64,000 nt of DNA from an uncultured Chloroflexia bacterium. GTDB lineage: Bacteria; Chloroflexota; Anaerolineae; CG2-30-64-16. The notes below the pieces were generated by a model. It made no database searches. It was not told the origin of the DNA and worked only from the letters and a program-made list of their open reading frames with translations. Both the position numbers and the translations under genes were made by a program. Positions 1 to 9,598 of the stretch are shown one piece after another (the stretch's first letter is position 1; every line of letters starts with the position of its first letter). Location: contig CAVZDU010000002.1 in the NCBI GenBank assembly GCA_963774265.1, positions 32,001 through 96,000 of the forward strand. Reading direction: 5' to 3'.

Positions 1-255
1 CAAGATGCGGGGGCAGGTGTGCTGATTGGGACGAAAACATACGGAAAGGGCTCAGTACAACTGCCAAACTCGATGAGCGACGGCTCGCAATTGCGGGTGA
101 CAATCGCTCGCTGGTATACTCCGAAGGATCGCGGTATCGATGAAACCGGCTTGACCCCGGATATCGAGTCGCCCGATCCCACGGCGGAGCAGATTCAAGC
201 AGACGCCGACCCACAGCTCGATCGGGCTGTGGAATATCTGTTGACGGGCAAATAG
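1..255 (+). CDS. ctpA: C-terminal part of an S41 family carboxyl-terminal processing protease (5' end outside the window)
   Basis: Typical S41 C-terminal motifs: GTKTYGKGSVQ, LRVTIARWYTP, GLTPDI, DPQLDRA. Confidence 0.85.
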   Translation, partial: QDAGAGVLIGTKTYGKGSVQLPNSMSDGSQLRVTIARWYTPKDRGIDETGLTPDIESPDPTAEQIQADADPQLDRAVEYLLTGK

Positions 256-281
256 CACAAGCATGATGGAGGCCTGGGCCA

Positions 282-758
282 TTGAGCAGGCACAGTGATG
301 GCGAAGTCAAGCAGATCGCCAGTAACCGCAAGGCATTACATGACTACTTCGTCGAGGACCACCTCGAAGCCGGCATCGCACTGACTGGCACAGAGATCAA
401 GTCGGTGCGTGCCGCCAGGGTCAACCTGCGCGATGGTTTCGTGCTGATCCGCAACCGCGAGGCATGGTTGATCAACGTCCACATCTCGCCGTACGACTTT
501 GGCAATCGGGAGAATCACGAGCCGAGGCGAGAACGCAGGCTGCTTCTGCACCGGCAGGAAATCCGCAAACTGCTGAGCAAAGTCTCTGAGCGCGGCTGGA
601 CCATCGTGCCTCTGCGGATGTATCTGAGCAAGGGGCGTGCCAAGGTCGAAATTGCGCTGGTGCGGGGCAAACGGTTGTACGATCGCAAGGACGCAGTTGC
701 TGAGCGCGATGCAGATCGCGAACTGCGCCGCGAGCTCAAGGATCAAGATTGGGATTGA
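282..758 (+). CDS. smpB: SsrA-binding protein SmpB
   Basis: NRKALHDY, EAGIALTGTEIKSVR, RRLLLHRQEI and GKRLYDRK motifs; GGAGG RBS before a TTG start; lies directly upstream of the tmRNA. Confidence 0.97.
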   Translation: MSRHSDGEVKQIASNRKALHDYFVEDHLEAGIALTGTEIKSVRAARVNLRDGFVLIRNREAWLINVHISPYDFGNRENHEPRRERRLLLHRQEIRKLLSKVSERGWTIVPLRMYLSKGRAKVEIALVRGKRLYDRKDAVAERDADRELRRELKDQDWD

Positions 759-761
759 ATG

Positions 762-790
762 TTGACGGTGGCCGGGAGGTCGGATATAAT
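762..790 (+). promoter_or_regulatory. sigma70-type promoter of ssrA
   Basis: TTGACG (762-767), 17 bp spacer, TATAAT (785-790), 11 nt before the tmRNA 5' end. Confidence 0.8.
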
Positions 791-801
791 AACAAACGTA
801 T

Positions 802-1211
802 GGGGATGACTGGTTTCGACGGGGCAGATGGGTCGTAAGCTGCAAGCCGAGGCGCTCTCACCTCGAAAATCAAGAGCAAAACTACAAAAGCCAACACAGG
901 CAAACTGTTCGCCTTCCCCAAGGTCCAGCAAAGCGCTTTCGCGCTCGCAGCGTAAGGGATACGTGAACAAGCTGGTTGCTTAGCGGTAACCACGGTGCTC
1001 CTGGTGGGTCCAGGCGGCGCCAGGTAGCATCGTCAGAAACCGTAGGGTGCTCCTCGCAGACGCCGATAAGCGAGGCTAAGATCCTCGGCTAGCCGGGCTA
1101 GTGGACGGTGGTCACTGCCGGACGGCCCGGCGAGATAAAAGCAGTGACTAAGCTTGTAGACGCTTGCGGTTGTTTGTTTCGGACCCGGGTTCGACTCCCG
1201 GCATCTCCACC
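802..1211 (+). ncRNA. ssrA: tmRNA; tag reading frame 890-955 encodes ANTGKLFAFPKVQQSAFALAA*
   Basis: 5' end GGGGATGACTGGTTTCGAC; 3' T-arm and acceptor CCCGGGTTCGACTCCCGGCATCTCCACC; tag ends in ALAA-TAA; adjacent to smpB. Confidence 0.96.
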
Positions 1212-1213
1212 TC

Positions 1214-1252
1214 AATCAGGGCGGGTTCACTACGACCCGCCCTGATTCTTTA
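1214..1252 (+). terminator. Rho-independent terminator after ssrA
   Basis: 13-bp stem AATCAGGGCGGGT/ACCCGCCCTGATT followed by CTTT. Confidence 0.8.
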
Positions 1253-1316
1253 AGGCATCCCGTGACAACTTGCCCTTCCCGCGCAGCGCATGCTATGATG
1301 CCGCTTCATCGAAGTT

Positions 1317-2225
1317 GTGAGCTTATGCAAGGATAGACCAGTGACCCCATCACCAGCTTCGCCCAACAGAACTGTCGGCCCCCTGCCCGACTTCAGCCGT
1401 GAGCTCGAAATTGCCATGTGGCTTGCGCGTGAGTCAGGCGCGATCGTCAAGACATTCTACGACGTCCCCCCTACCATCCGCTGGAAGGACCCTACGGAGC
1501 CGGTCACCGAGGCAGACCGCGCAGTGAACGCCTATCTCGTCAAACAATTCGGCCAGATCTTTCCGGAAGATGGGGTGCTCGCAGAGGAATCAAAGGATGA
1601 CTTTCGCCGACTGGAGCGCCGCCGGGTCTGGATCGTTGACCCTTTGGATGGTACGGCAGAATTCATAGCCCACAACGGCGAGTTTGTGATCATGATCGGA
1701 TTAGCAGTGGACGGCGAACCGGTTGTGGGGGTCGTGTACCAACCGATCGACGATGTGATGTATGCTGCTGCACTCGGCCAGGGAGCATTTGTCGAAGAAT
1801 ATGGTGAGCGTCGTTCGCTGCGTGTGACACAAGAAACCGAACTCAAGACACTGCGTCTCGTCGTGAGCCGATCGCACCGTCCCGCAATGGTGGACACCAT
1901 CATCCATCGTATGGGTCTGCAGCGCGAGAAAAGCATCGGCAGTGTTGGGCTGAAAATTGGGCTGATTGCGCGCGGACAGGCAGAGTTTTATGTCCACCCC
2001 AACCCTGGAACCAAGGAGTGGGACACATGCGCACCGGACATCATCGTGCGAGAGGCCGGTGGCAGGATGACCGACTGCTGGAATCGACCGATTCGCTACA
2101 ACCGGCAGAACGTCAAGAACCTATTCGGCGTGTTAGCCAGCAACGGCGCTGTCCATGACGAGGTTGCGGACCTCGTCGGCGAAATTCTTGACGACGCCGG
2201 CCTTGACTCGGAATTTGGCTTCTAG
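1317..2225 (+). CDS. cysQ: 3'(2'),5'-bisphosphate nucleotidase CysQ / inositol monophosphatase family
   Basis: PVTEAD, LAEE, WIVDPLDGT, VVSRSH, GSVGLK and EWDTCA motifs. Start codon uncertain (1317 or 1341). Confidence 0.85.
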   Translation: MSLCKDRPVTPSPASPNRTVGPLPDFSRELEIAMWLARESGAIVKTFYDVPPTIRWKDPTEPVTEADRAVNAYLVKQFGQIFPEDGVLAEESKDDFRRLERRRVWIVDPLDGTAEFIAHNGEFVIMIGLAVDGEPVVGVVYQPIDDVMYAAALGQGAFVEEYGERRSLRVTQETELKTLRLVVSRSHRPAMVDTIIHRMGLQREKSIGSVGLKIGLIARGQAEFYVHPNPGTKEWDTCAPDIIVREAGGRMTDCWNRPIRYNRQNVKNLFGVLASNGAVHDEVADLVGEILDDAGLDSEFGF

Positions 2226-2227
2226 AG

Positions 2228-3103
2228 ATGTCGCCCGGATGGCTCAAACCCATTCCCCTGGCAGATCGCGCGGCGACCGGCGGTGCAGACCGCATTGCGC
2301 TCATGAGCCGACAGGCGGATCCGATATTCCTGCGCGATGTTGCCGGCTGGGATTCACAGCGACAGCGCATGCTATTCCAGATTCTAATCCCGATTGACCT
2401 GCTGGTCGAGCAGCACATCGACCCAGTGAAACTCATAGATGCGGACGGTCACCCGATCGCATTTGCACGCCCCGGCGCGAATCAGGATGGCTATCGTTTC
2501 GAACTGTATCACACTGGCGATGCAGCAGAGCCGATGGGAGAGTTGGAACTAGCCGATACGCAATTCAATCAGATCGAAGTGGTTTGGGTCACTCTTCAAG
2601 ACCCAACGGGTGTACGTTACGATGTCGACATGTTGCCTGGCGGCGAGTCGACTCTACACGGCACCGCCGGGCGAAACCTGGTGTCTGAGGAGGCAGCTAT
2701 GCTGGCCGGCCTGGCTCCGGGCCAAGTGCGCCGTGGATTGGGCGCATTCCGCTCGCTGACGGAGCGCATCGAGATTCTGATGCTGTGCCTTAATCAGCGG
2801 GAGTACCTGGCTCAACCCCTCTTCTACCACATGGCGATCCTGTTCGAACAACATGGCTTCAGCTATGTTCAGGGTCAATCGCTCATGGAGGAGATCCATC
2901 AGGGTTTTGCTCCGGACGGACGCCTCGCCCAACAACTGGATGGCTCAACCCCCTTCAGACGGCCTGAGCAAGCTGATTCGATTCGGGGGCGGTCCTGGGC
3001 GATCCATGATGGTGTGATGGCTGGCCGTTGGGATCGGGTCCGCATGGTGAAGAGACTCGGCGTGGACGCACACATATCCACGGCACCTGCGGTTAACTGG
3101 TGA
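2228..3103 (+). CDS. Hypothetical protein with GNAT-like motifs
   Basis: 291-aa ORF tightly packed between cysQ and mtnP. QVRRGLGA resembles the acetyl-CoA-binding motif A and LFEQHGF resembles motif B. Confidence 0.6.
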   Translation: MSPGWLKPIPLADRAATGGADRIALMSRQADPIFLRDVAGWDSQRQRMLFQILIPIDLLVEQHIDPVKLIDADGHPIAFARPGANQDGYRFELYHTGDAAEPMGELELADTQFNQIEVVWVTLQDPTGVRYDVDMLPGGESTLHGTAGRNLVSEEAAMLAGLAPGQVRRGLGAFRSLTERIEILMLCLNQREYLAQPLFYHMAILFEQHGFSYVQGQSLMEEIHQGFAPDGRLAQQLDGSTPFRRPEQADSIRGRSWAIHDGVMAGRWDRVRMVKRLGVDAHISTAPAVNW

Positions 3104-3135
3104 TTATGTAGACTTTGCGTTCAAAGGAGCCATTT

Positions 3136-4017
3136 ATGGAGAAGGTACGCATTGGCGTCATTGGCGGTAGTGGCGTCTATGACATGAGCCAACTCGAGAA
3201 CGTTCGAGAAGTACGCCTCGACACACCTTTCGGTGCGCCGTCGGATGGCTACGTCGTAGGGACCATCGAAGGCGAAACGGTCGCCTTCCTGCCCCGGCAT
3301 GGGCGCGGACACCGCATCAGCCCAGGCCGCCTGAACAGCAGGGCGAACATCTACGGATTCAAGATGCTAGGCGTTGAGTACTTGATCTCGATTAGCGCCT
3401 GTGGAAGCCTGCAGCCGGAACACAAGCCCGGCGACATCGTTGTTCCCGATCAGCTTTTCGATCGGACCCGCGGGAGAGCAGCGAGCTTCTTCGACGACCC
3501 ATCTGCAGGCACGGGGGGACTGGTTGTTCACATCTCAGTCGCTGACCCCTTTTGTCCTAACCTGAGTCGCATATGCGCCGATGCTGTGACGGCAACCGGG
3601 CATGAGGTGCACCTTGGCGGCACGTTCGTTACCATTGAGGGACCGCGCTTCAGTACTAAGGCTGAGAGTAAGGTTTATCAGCGGCTCGGCTTCGACATCA
3701 TCGGTATGACAGCAAGTCCGGAGGCATTTCTCGCGCGCGAGGCCGGGATCAGTTATGCTGCCATGGCCCACGTGACCGACTACGATGTGTGGCATGAGAC
3801 CGAAGCGCCTGTTACGGTGGAGATGGTTGTGCGCCAGCTCTTGGAGAACGCTGAGGTGGCAAGGAAATCGGTCGTTAATGCCGTGAAGTTGCTGAAAGAT
3901 GCACCCCCCTCCCCCTATGCAGACGCGCTGCGGGATGCAATCATCACCCACCGCGACGCGATTCCGCCTGATGTTGCCGCTCGACTGGGATTGCTCATCG
4001 AGCGATATCTGAGCTAG
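3136..4017 (+). CDS. mtnP: S-methyl-5'-thioadenosine phosphorylase
   Basis: IGVIGGSG, FLPRHG, ISACGSL, EGPRFSTKAES, IGMT and VTDYDVW motifs; AAGGAG RBS before the ATG at 3136. Confidence 0.93.
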   Translation: MEKVRIGVIGGSGVYDMSQLENVREVRLDTPFGAPSDGYVVGTIEGETVAFLPRHGRGHRISPGRLNSRANIYGFKMLGVEYLISISACGSLQPEHKPGDIVVPDQLFDRTRGRAASFFDDPSAGTGGLVVHISVADPFCPNLSRICADAVTATGHEVHLGGTFVTIEGPRFSTKAESKVYQRLGFDIIGMTASPEAFLAREAGISYAAMAHVTDYDVWHETEAPVTVEMVVRQLLENAEVARKSVVNAVKLLKDAPPSPYADALRDAIITHRDAIPPDVAARLGLLIERYLS

Positions 4018-4053
4018 GTCCGAGCGTTCTGGGCGATATCACTATCAATTTAC

Positions 4054-4097
4054 GAGAGCCGGTCGGCTCAATGCCTATCCGGCTCTCTCGGTTTTGA
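4054..4097. terminator. Hairpin between the convergent mtnP and dsbA-like genes
   Basis: GAGAGCCGG...CCGGCTCTC inverted repeat followed by GGTTTT. Confidence 0.5.
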
Positions 4098-4125
4098 AAT
4101 GCAGCTCGCCCACTATTTGGGCGTC

Positions 4126-4839
4126 CTACTTGGCTGCGGCCAGCGCTGCCTCTACCTCTGCCTTGAACTGCTCATACGGATAGGCCCCTTCGATCTTCTT
4201 GCCATTGATGAAGAACGTAGGAGTCCCGGTGATGCCTTTGCCACGACCTTCTGACTCGTCTGAGGCCACCTTGGCGCTGTGGACGTTACCATCAACGCAA
4301 GGATCGAAGACTGCAGCGTCAAGCCCTAGTTCCGCCCCGTAGCGCTTCAAAAGCGGCTTCGTGAACGGGTTCGCACTGGACCCCTGGCGACCGAATAACG
4401 CGTCGTGATAGTCCCAGAATCTTCCCTGATCCGCAGCACATTCCGAGGCCATAGCCGCATCGCGCGTCGGCTGGCCGCCGATGATCATGTGCTTGTACTC
4501 GAAGCGCACCTTTCCCGATGCTTCGTAATCAGCTCGCAGCTGCTTGCCCTGGTTCAACCCGAAGTCTCGGCAGTGTGAACAGCCAAAGTCGGAGAAGTCG
4601 AGGATCTTCACCGCTGCATTCTCGGGGCCCCAGGCAGCGCCTTCGCCAACCCGACCGGTCGCAGTGAGCGGCGCGTTGGCCGCCCTCGATGCCATCAGGA
4701 TGATGCCTGCGACCACCAGCACCACGGCTGCAATCACACCTAACAAAACCGCCGGAGAAAGAGTGCTCTTCTTGGGGGCCGGCTTCCCTTTGCGCGGGGC
4801 CGCGTACGCGGACTTCGGCTTCTGCGCTTGCTTTGCCAT
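4126..4839 (-). CDS. DsbA-family (BdbD-like) membrane-anchored thiol-disulfide oxidoreductase
   Basis: N-terminal basic stretch plus TM helix; FSDFGCSHC active site; AADQGRFWDYHD; cis-Pro loop GTPTFFING. Confidence 0.9.
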   Translation of the reverse strand: MAKQAQKPKSAYAAPRKGKPAPKKSTLSPAVLLGVIAAVVLVVAGIILMASRAANAPLTATGRVGEGAAWGPENAAVKILDFSDFGCSHCRDFGLNQGKQLRADYEASGKVRFEYKHMIIGGQPTRDAAMASECAADQGRFWDYHDALFGRQGSSANPFTKPLLKRYGAELGLDAAVFDPCVDGNVHSAKVASDESEGRGKGITGTPTFFINGKKIEGAYPYEQFKAEVEAALAAAK

Positions 4840-4905
4840 ACTACCTTGCTCCTCTAGAAAGCGAAATCGGGGACACAGGCGTCAAGTATACTATGATTGC
4901 GTTAA

Positions 4906-4934
4906 TTGACAAAGCCTCCCGGTTGAACTATCAT
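4906..4934 (+). promoter_or_regulatory. sigma70-type promoter of the waaL-like/gtrA/GT4 operon
   Basis: TTGACA (4906-4911), 17 bp spacer, TATCAT (4929-4934). Confidence 0.7.
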
Positions 4935-4985
4935 GTTCTACGTTCAGCCGCAGATGATGATCTTGTCCCCGAGGAATCATTCCCG

Positions 4986-6456
4986 ATGAGCGCCGCAACG
5001 ATGTCCGGGCTGATTGGATCCCGAGCGGCGCCTCCATCCAGGCGCATAGTAGCGGCCGCGCTATCCCTGCTGATCTTGGCCGGCGTGCTTGCTCTCGCAC
5101 CGCTCCGCTGGGCGGTGGCGGGAGTGCTCGTTGTCGCGCTGAGTAGCGCCATGCTGATTCAACCCGCAATTGGCCTGGTGCTTATTGCGGTCGCGATCCC
5201 ATGGGGAAGCACCCTGGTTCCGCTTCCGCTCCGCGGCATCAGCATTGTTGATCTGCTTGTCGGGGCGGTACTTGTAACGTGGTTGGCACGGCGGAGTGGC
5301 GCGGCGAGAGATCAAGATCAAGGCGCCGGCTCTGATCTGGCCATTACTCATCTTCGTATGGGTCTGCGGCGCAAGCCTAACGCAGGCCCGCTCATGGCAG
5401 GATGGGTTGCCGGAGTGGCTGAAATGGGTCGAATTCACCGCATTGTATCTCGCCGGCCTGCAGGTGCTAAGTAAGCGTTCAGCCTTGGCCTTAGTCGCTG
5501 CACTGCTGGCAGCTGGCGTCAGTCAGGCAGCTCTGGGGGCGTATCAATTCGTGAACCAGGCCGGTCCCGAGGGATTCATCCTGATGGGCCGCTTCATGCG
5601 GGCATACGGCACGCTCAATCAGCCAAATCCGTATGCCGGATACTTGGGATACTTGGCGCCCATTGCAGCCAGCATGGCGCTGATGTCTCTCGGAATATGG
5701 CGAAGCAGGAGGCAGGCCAGGCACCTGGTGATCTGCGTCCTCGGTGTGGGCACCACGATCGCCCTGGTTGCGGGGATCATCATGAGTTGGTCGCGCGGCG
5801 CCTGGCTGGGGCTAGCGGCCAGCTTCCTCGTCGTGGTTGGTCTGGCAAGCAAACGCAACGCTGCCATCGCCATCGTGGCCGTTGCTGTGTTGATCTTCGT
5901 CATTTCCATAGCCGGCATCGGCTGGCTGCCCGACTCAATCGAGGGTCGGATACATGATCTGGGCAGCTATTTTGGCGGCCCAGACCCGACGAACACTGAA
6001 ATCTCCGATGAGAATTTCTCGGTGCTGGAGCGTCTGGCGCATTGGCGCGCGGGCTGGTTGATGTTCGAGGATAGGCCCTGGCTGGGCGTGGGGATCGGCA
6101 ATTATGCAGTCAGCTACAGCCGATACACACTTCCCTATTGGTATGATCCTCTGGGGCACGCCCACAACATCTTCATCAATTTTCTGGCCGAGACAGGAGC
6201 TTTGGGCCTGGCGGCCTTCTTTGGCTTTTGGCTGGCCGTAGTCTGGGCATCGGCTCGCTACGCATGGCATGGCGCCCGGGCTTGGGGTGCCGCGCTGGCT
6301 ATTGGCCTGGTGGGCACGTGGACGTATCTGACGATCCACAGCCTGTTCGATAATCTATTCGTGGGACACCTGCAGTTGCAGCTGGCGCTTCTATTGGCGG
6401 CGCTGCCTGCAACTCAGGACTCACCCAACCCACCCAGCATGTGGCGGGGAAAATGA
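4986..6456 (+). CDS. O-antigen ligase / Wzy_C family membrane protein (frameshift near 5290, probably a sequencing error)
   Basis: Joins the hydrophobic N-terminus of ORF 4833..5474 to ORF 5296..6456. Motifs RAYGTLNQPNPYAGYL, SWSRGAW, PWLGVGIGNY and HAHNIF..LAETG. Confidence 0.85.
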
Positions 6457-6968
6457 ATCCAGACGCATCACTCGGACATATTATGTCATCTGATATCCCG
6501 AAATTCATCTGTGCGCTTCTGCGGCTTCCGCTGATCAATCGTCTCAGTATAGCGCAGAGACCGCGAGAGTTCGTCCGCTTTTTGAAGTTTGCTGCCGTGG
6601 GCGCCTTTGGCATGGTTGTCGACCTATCGGTGCTGACCGCCTCACGTGAGTGGCTGGGGTTGCCCCTGCCTCTGGCCGTGGGCCTTGGATTTACGGTAGC
6701 CGTTATCAGCAATTTCACCTGGAATCGCTTGTGGACTTTTCCGGAGAGCCGCCAGCGCCCAATCGGAAATCAACTATTTCAGTTCGTCGCAGTGAATGTG
6801 ATTGGCCTCGGCATTAACGAGATCGTTGTGCTGGGTCTTCATCCCATCTTCGGGTCGGTGCTGCCGGACCCTCCCGCTTACATTGCGGCAAAGATCATCG
6901 CCATCGGCATCGTCCTGTTCTGGAACTATTTCGTTAACCGGAAATGGACGTATAAGGGCATCGACTGA
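6453..6968 (+). CDS. GtrA family lipid-linked-sugar translocase
   Basis: RFLKFAAVG, NFTWNRLWTF and WNYFVNRKWTY motifs; 4 TM helices; ATGA overlap with the upstream stop. Confidence 0.9.
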   Translation: MNPDASLGHIMSSDIPKFICALLRLPLINRLSIAQRPREFVRFLKFAAVGAFGMVVDLSVLTASREWLGLPLPLAVGLGFTVAVISNFTWNRLWTFPESRQRPIGNQLFQFVAVNVIGLGINEIVVLGLHPIFGSVLPDPPAYIAAKIIAIGIVLFWNYFVNRKWTYKGID

Positions 6969-6970
6969 CG

Positions 6971-8095
6971 ATGCACATCACGATCGACTACACTTCCGCA
7001 ATTCGCCAAAAAGCTGGCATCGGCCGTTACACTCGGAATTTGGTGGCGGCGCTGGCCGATACGGATCACGAGAACCAGTACACCCTGTTTTGTGCCGGAG
7101 ATGCGCCTGCGCCCGCGCAGTGGCCAGCCAACTTCAGTGTTCGAGCGACCCGGGTACCCGCTCGCGCCCTGACAATCGGCTGGCACAAACTCAACCTTCC
7201 CATCACTGTCGAACGATTCAGTGGCGATTCGGACATCTTTCATTCACCTGACTTCACGCTGCCTCCACTGAGGACTCCGCGTGGCGTCGTCACCGTCCAC
7301 GATCTCTCCTTTCTCAGACTGCCGCAGTGCGCCGATCCCGGATTGCGAGACTACCTTACCGAAAACGTTCCGCGTGCTGTGAGACGGGCCAGTCGGGTGC
7401 TGGCTGATTCCAATAACACAAAACGAGATGTGGTCGATCTCCTTCACGTACCGGATGACAAGGTGTCCGTGATTCATGCAGGCGTCGAGCCGCGCTTTCG
7501 ACCTGTACGCGACGTCGAACAACTCGCGCGAATCCGTGATCGTTATCGATTGCCGGAGTTTTTCGTCCTCTTTGTGGGCACCATCGAGCCGCGCAAGAAT
7601 CTTGGTCGACTGATCTCCGCCTACAGCGATTTGCGACGTCAGGCTGGCCTGCCACATCAGCTTGTAATCAGCGGCGCCAGGGGCTGGTTATACAACGACA
7701 TATACGAACAGGTGGCACGCGCAGGGCTGACGGAGGACGTATTGTTTCCCGGTTTCATAGATGATAGCGACTTGCCGGCGCTGTATACGCTGGCTGATCT
7801 ATTTGTGTTTCCGTCGTTATACGAAGGCTTCGGTCTGCCGCCCCTCGAGGCGATGGCCTGCGGCACGCCTGTGATTGCCAGCGACAACTCCAGCTTGCCC
7901 GAGGTTCTCGGAGCAGCGGCCTTACTGGTCCCGGCCGAGGACACGGCCGCAATCACGGATGCTATGGCTCGGGTGTTAGGGGACGCCACCTTGCGCACGC
8001 GCCTCGCCGACCTGGGTCGCGCCCAAGCGACGCGCTTCACCTGGCAGAGCGCGGCCCGGCAACTCATATGCGCGTATCAAGAGGTCCTGGACTGA
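6971..8095 (+). CDS. GT4 glycosyltransferase (mannosyltransferase-like)
   Basis: GIGRY, VVTVHDL, VGTIEPRKN and FPSLYEGFGLPPLEAMACG motifs. Confidence 0.93.
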   Translation: MHITIDYTSAIRQKAGIGRYTRNLVAALADTDHENQYTLFCAGDAPAPAQWPANFSVRATRVPARALTIGWHKLNLPITVERFSGDSDIFHSPDFTLPPLRTPRGVVTVHDLSFLRLPQCADPGLRDYLTENVPRAVRRASRVLADSNNTKRDVVDLLHVPDDKVSVIHAGVEPRFRPVRDVEQLARIRDRYRLPEFFVLFVGTIEPRKNLGRLISAYSDLRRQAGLPHQLVISGARGWLYNDIYEQVARAGLTEDVLFPGFIDDSDLPALYTLADLFVFPSLYEGFGLPPLEAMACGTPVIASDNSSLPEVLGAAALLVPAEDTAAITDAMARVLGDATLRTRLADLGRAQATRFTWQSAARQLICAYQEVLD

Positions 8096-8096
8096 C

Positions 8097-8771
8097 ATGC
8101 GGCCTTTGATTGCTCCGCGCCCAACACCATTGCGACCGCACCTGAGATGGGGTCCTGTGCTTGGCGTGTATCTCATCGCATTGGTGGGGTATTTCGGCGC
8201 GTGGGTCTGGCATAGAGCAGCTGGGCTTGTCGTTACGGGAGTGGACCTGGCAGAATATGTCAAGTTTCTCCCGCCGGTTCGCGCCGGGCAGATCACCATT
8301 TTGCGCGAGTCGTTCTATGCACCTCTGGCTGCGGGCAGCTTGATCGCAGGCCTCGTGGCGAGTCGGCGCGTATTTCCATTGTGGCTGCGCTGGCTGGCCG
8401 GGCTCGGCGTCATCCCCCTTGCCTTGGCCATGCTGCCGCCGGCCTGGAGCCCCGGGGTGTTGGCCCTGCCGGAGTTTCGACTGCAGGTTGTCGTCATGGC
8501 GGCATGCATCGCGTCGCTGCTCCTACTCCTCGTGACACGCTTCCTGCCGGATGGGATCATCCTGATGATTATAGGGCTGTTGGCACTGATCGCAGCTATC
8601 TGGCCGGCATCCAGTTTTCTGCCTCTGCTGCGGCCTATAGAGGTGCTCTATGGCTCGGCCCTTCTCCCAGGATGGGGATTCTGGCTCTCCACCCTTGGCT
8701 TTCTGTTGACCGCATTCCTATCCGTTCTGGGCGCCATTCCCCGGCGCCCGCGGCGACAGGTCCCCGGTTAA
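8097..8771 (+). CDS. Hypothetical multi-pass membrane protein
   Basis: 224-aa ORF starting 1 nt after the GT4 stop; about 6 hydrophobic helices; DLAEYVKFLP segment. Confidence 0.7.
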   Translation: MRPLIAPRPTPLRPHLRWGPVLGVYLIALVGYFGAWVWHRAAGLVVTGVDLAEYVKFLPPVRAGQITILRESFYAPLAAGSLIAGLVASRRVFPLWLRWLAGLGVIPLALAMLPPAWSPGVLALPEFRLQVVVMAACIASLLLLLVTRFLPDGIILMIIGLLALIAAIWPASSFLPLLRPIEVLYGSALLPGWGFWLSTLGFLLTAFLSVLGAIPRRPRRQVPG

Positions 8772-8798
8772 GAGATTCGCTGTCTGGGCGGTGGCTCG

Positions 8799-9539
8799 TC
8801 AGGTCTTCAGCATCGTGAGGAGACGCTTGCCGCCGATCTGGCGAAAGTTGGCGCCTTGGCTCACAGCCATGGATGCAAGGGGGATGTCATCAACCACGGT
8901 GCCTGAGATCGCGTCAATTCCGTAGTCAAAGAAGAGCGGCGTGAGTGGCGTAGTGGCTCCGAGCAGAAGAACGAATGCCTCCGGGCTACAAAGCGCAGCC
9001 AGATCCTCAAATGTGCCGTTGACGAGCGACATCCCGGTGATTGCGACGATGTCGGCCCTGGGCAGAACTTCCGGCGCAGCTGAAGCTGGCAGGTCACCGG
9101 GTCCAGGATTGAGTTCCAAAACCGAGCAGACGGCTGCAGTTTCCCGCACCTTCGGCACAAAGGGGAAATGACCGACGATGGCCACGTGCTTACCCCGGCC
9201 GCGCTCAAGGATCAACGACTCCGCGTTAATGGGCATGCAGCGACTCTGCTCGACCTGAATAAGTGAGTTGAGCGCCGCGAATCCGATGCTGCGCTCGGTG
9301 AGGCTGGGTGCTTGCATCCATGCTGTCAACTCTGAACCCCGCTTGCCGACCAACCGCCCGGCGTCTCGCACTGCGGGCTGGCCGTGCTCCAAACCGTGAA
9401 CGACCTGAGTGGATGCGAGTCCGGCACGCACCCCGGTTGGTGTCTCGATCACCACGATCGTCCAGTTCGTGCCAACTCGGATGTCAATCACACGGCCGTC
9501 GGTCTGCACGGCCGCAAGCAGTTTCTGCATCAGCGACAT
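8799..9539 (-). CDS. DUF364 / Rossmann-like putative heavy-metal chelation protein
   Basis: SIGFAALNS, VAIVGHFP, ADIVAITG.SLVNGT and LLGATTP motifs; GGAGG RBS before the ATG at 9539. Confidence 0.8.
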   Translation of the reverse strand: MSLMQKLLAAVQTDGRVIDIRVGTNWTIVVIETPTGVRAGLASTQVVHGLEHGQPAVRDAGRLVGKRGSELTAWMQAPSLTERSIGFAALNSLIQVEQSRCMPINAESLILERGRGKHVAIVGHFPFVPKVRETAAVCSVLELNPGPGDLPASAAPEVLPRADIVAITGMSLVNGTFEDLAALCSPEAFVLLLGATTPLTPLFFDYGIDAISGTVVDDIPLASMAVSQGANFRQIGGKRLLTMLKT

Positions 9540-9598
9540 GAAGAGGCCTCCTCCAGTGCGGTGTGGGGCGAAGATGTCACTTCGACGACACCAGGTGA

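Noticed and set aside
736-1215. Short ORFs overlapping the tmRNA
   Set aside because: The region is fully explained by ssrA and its promoter.
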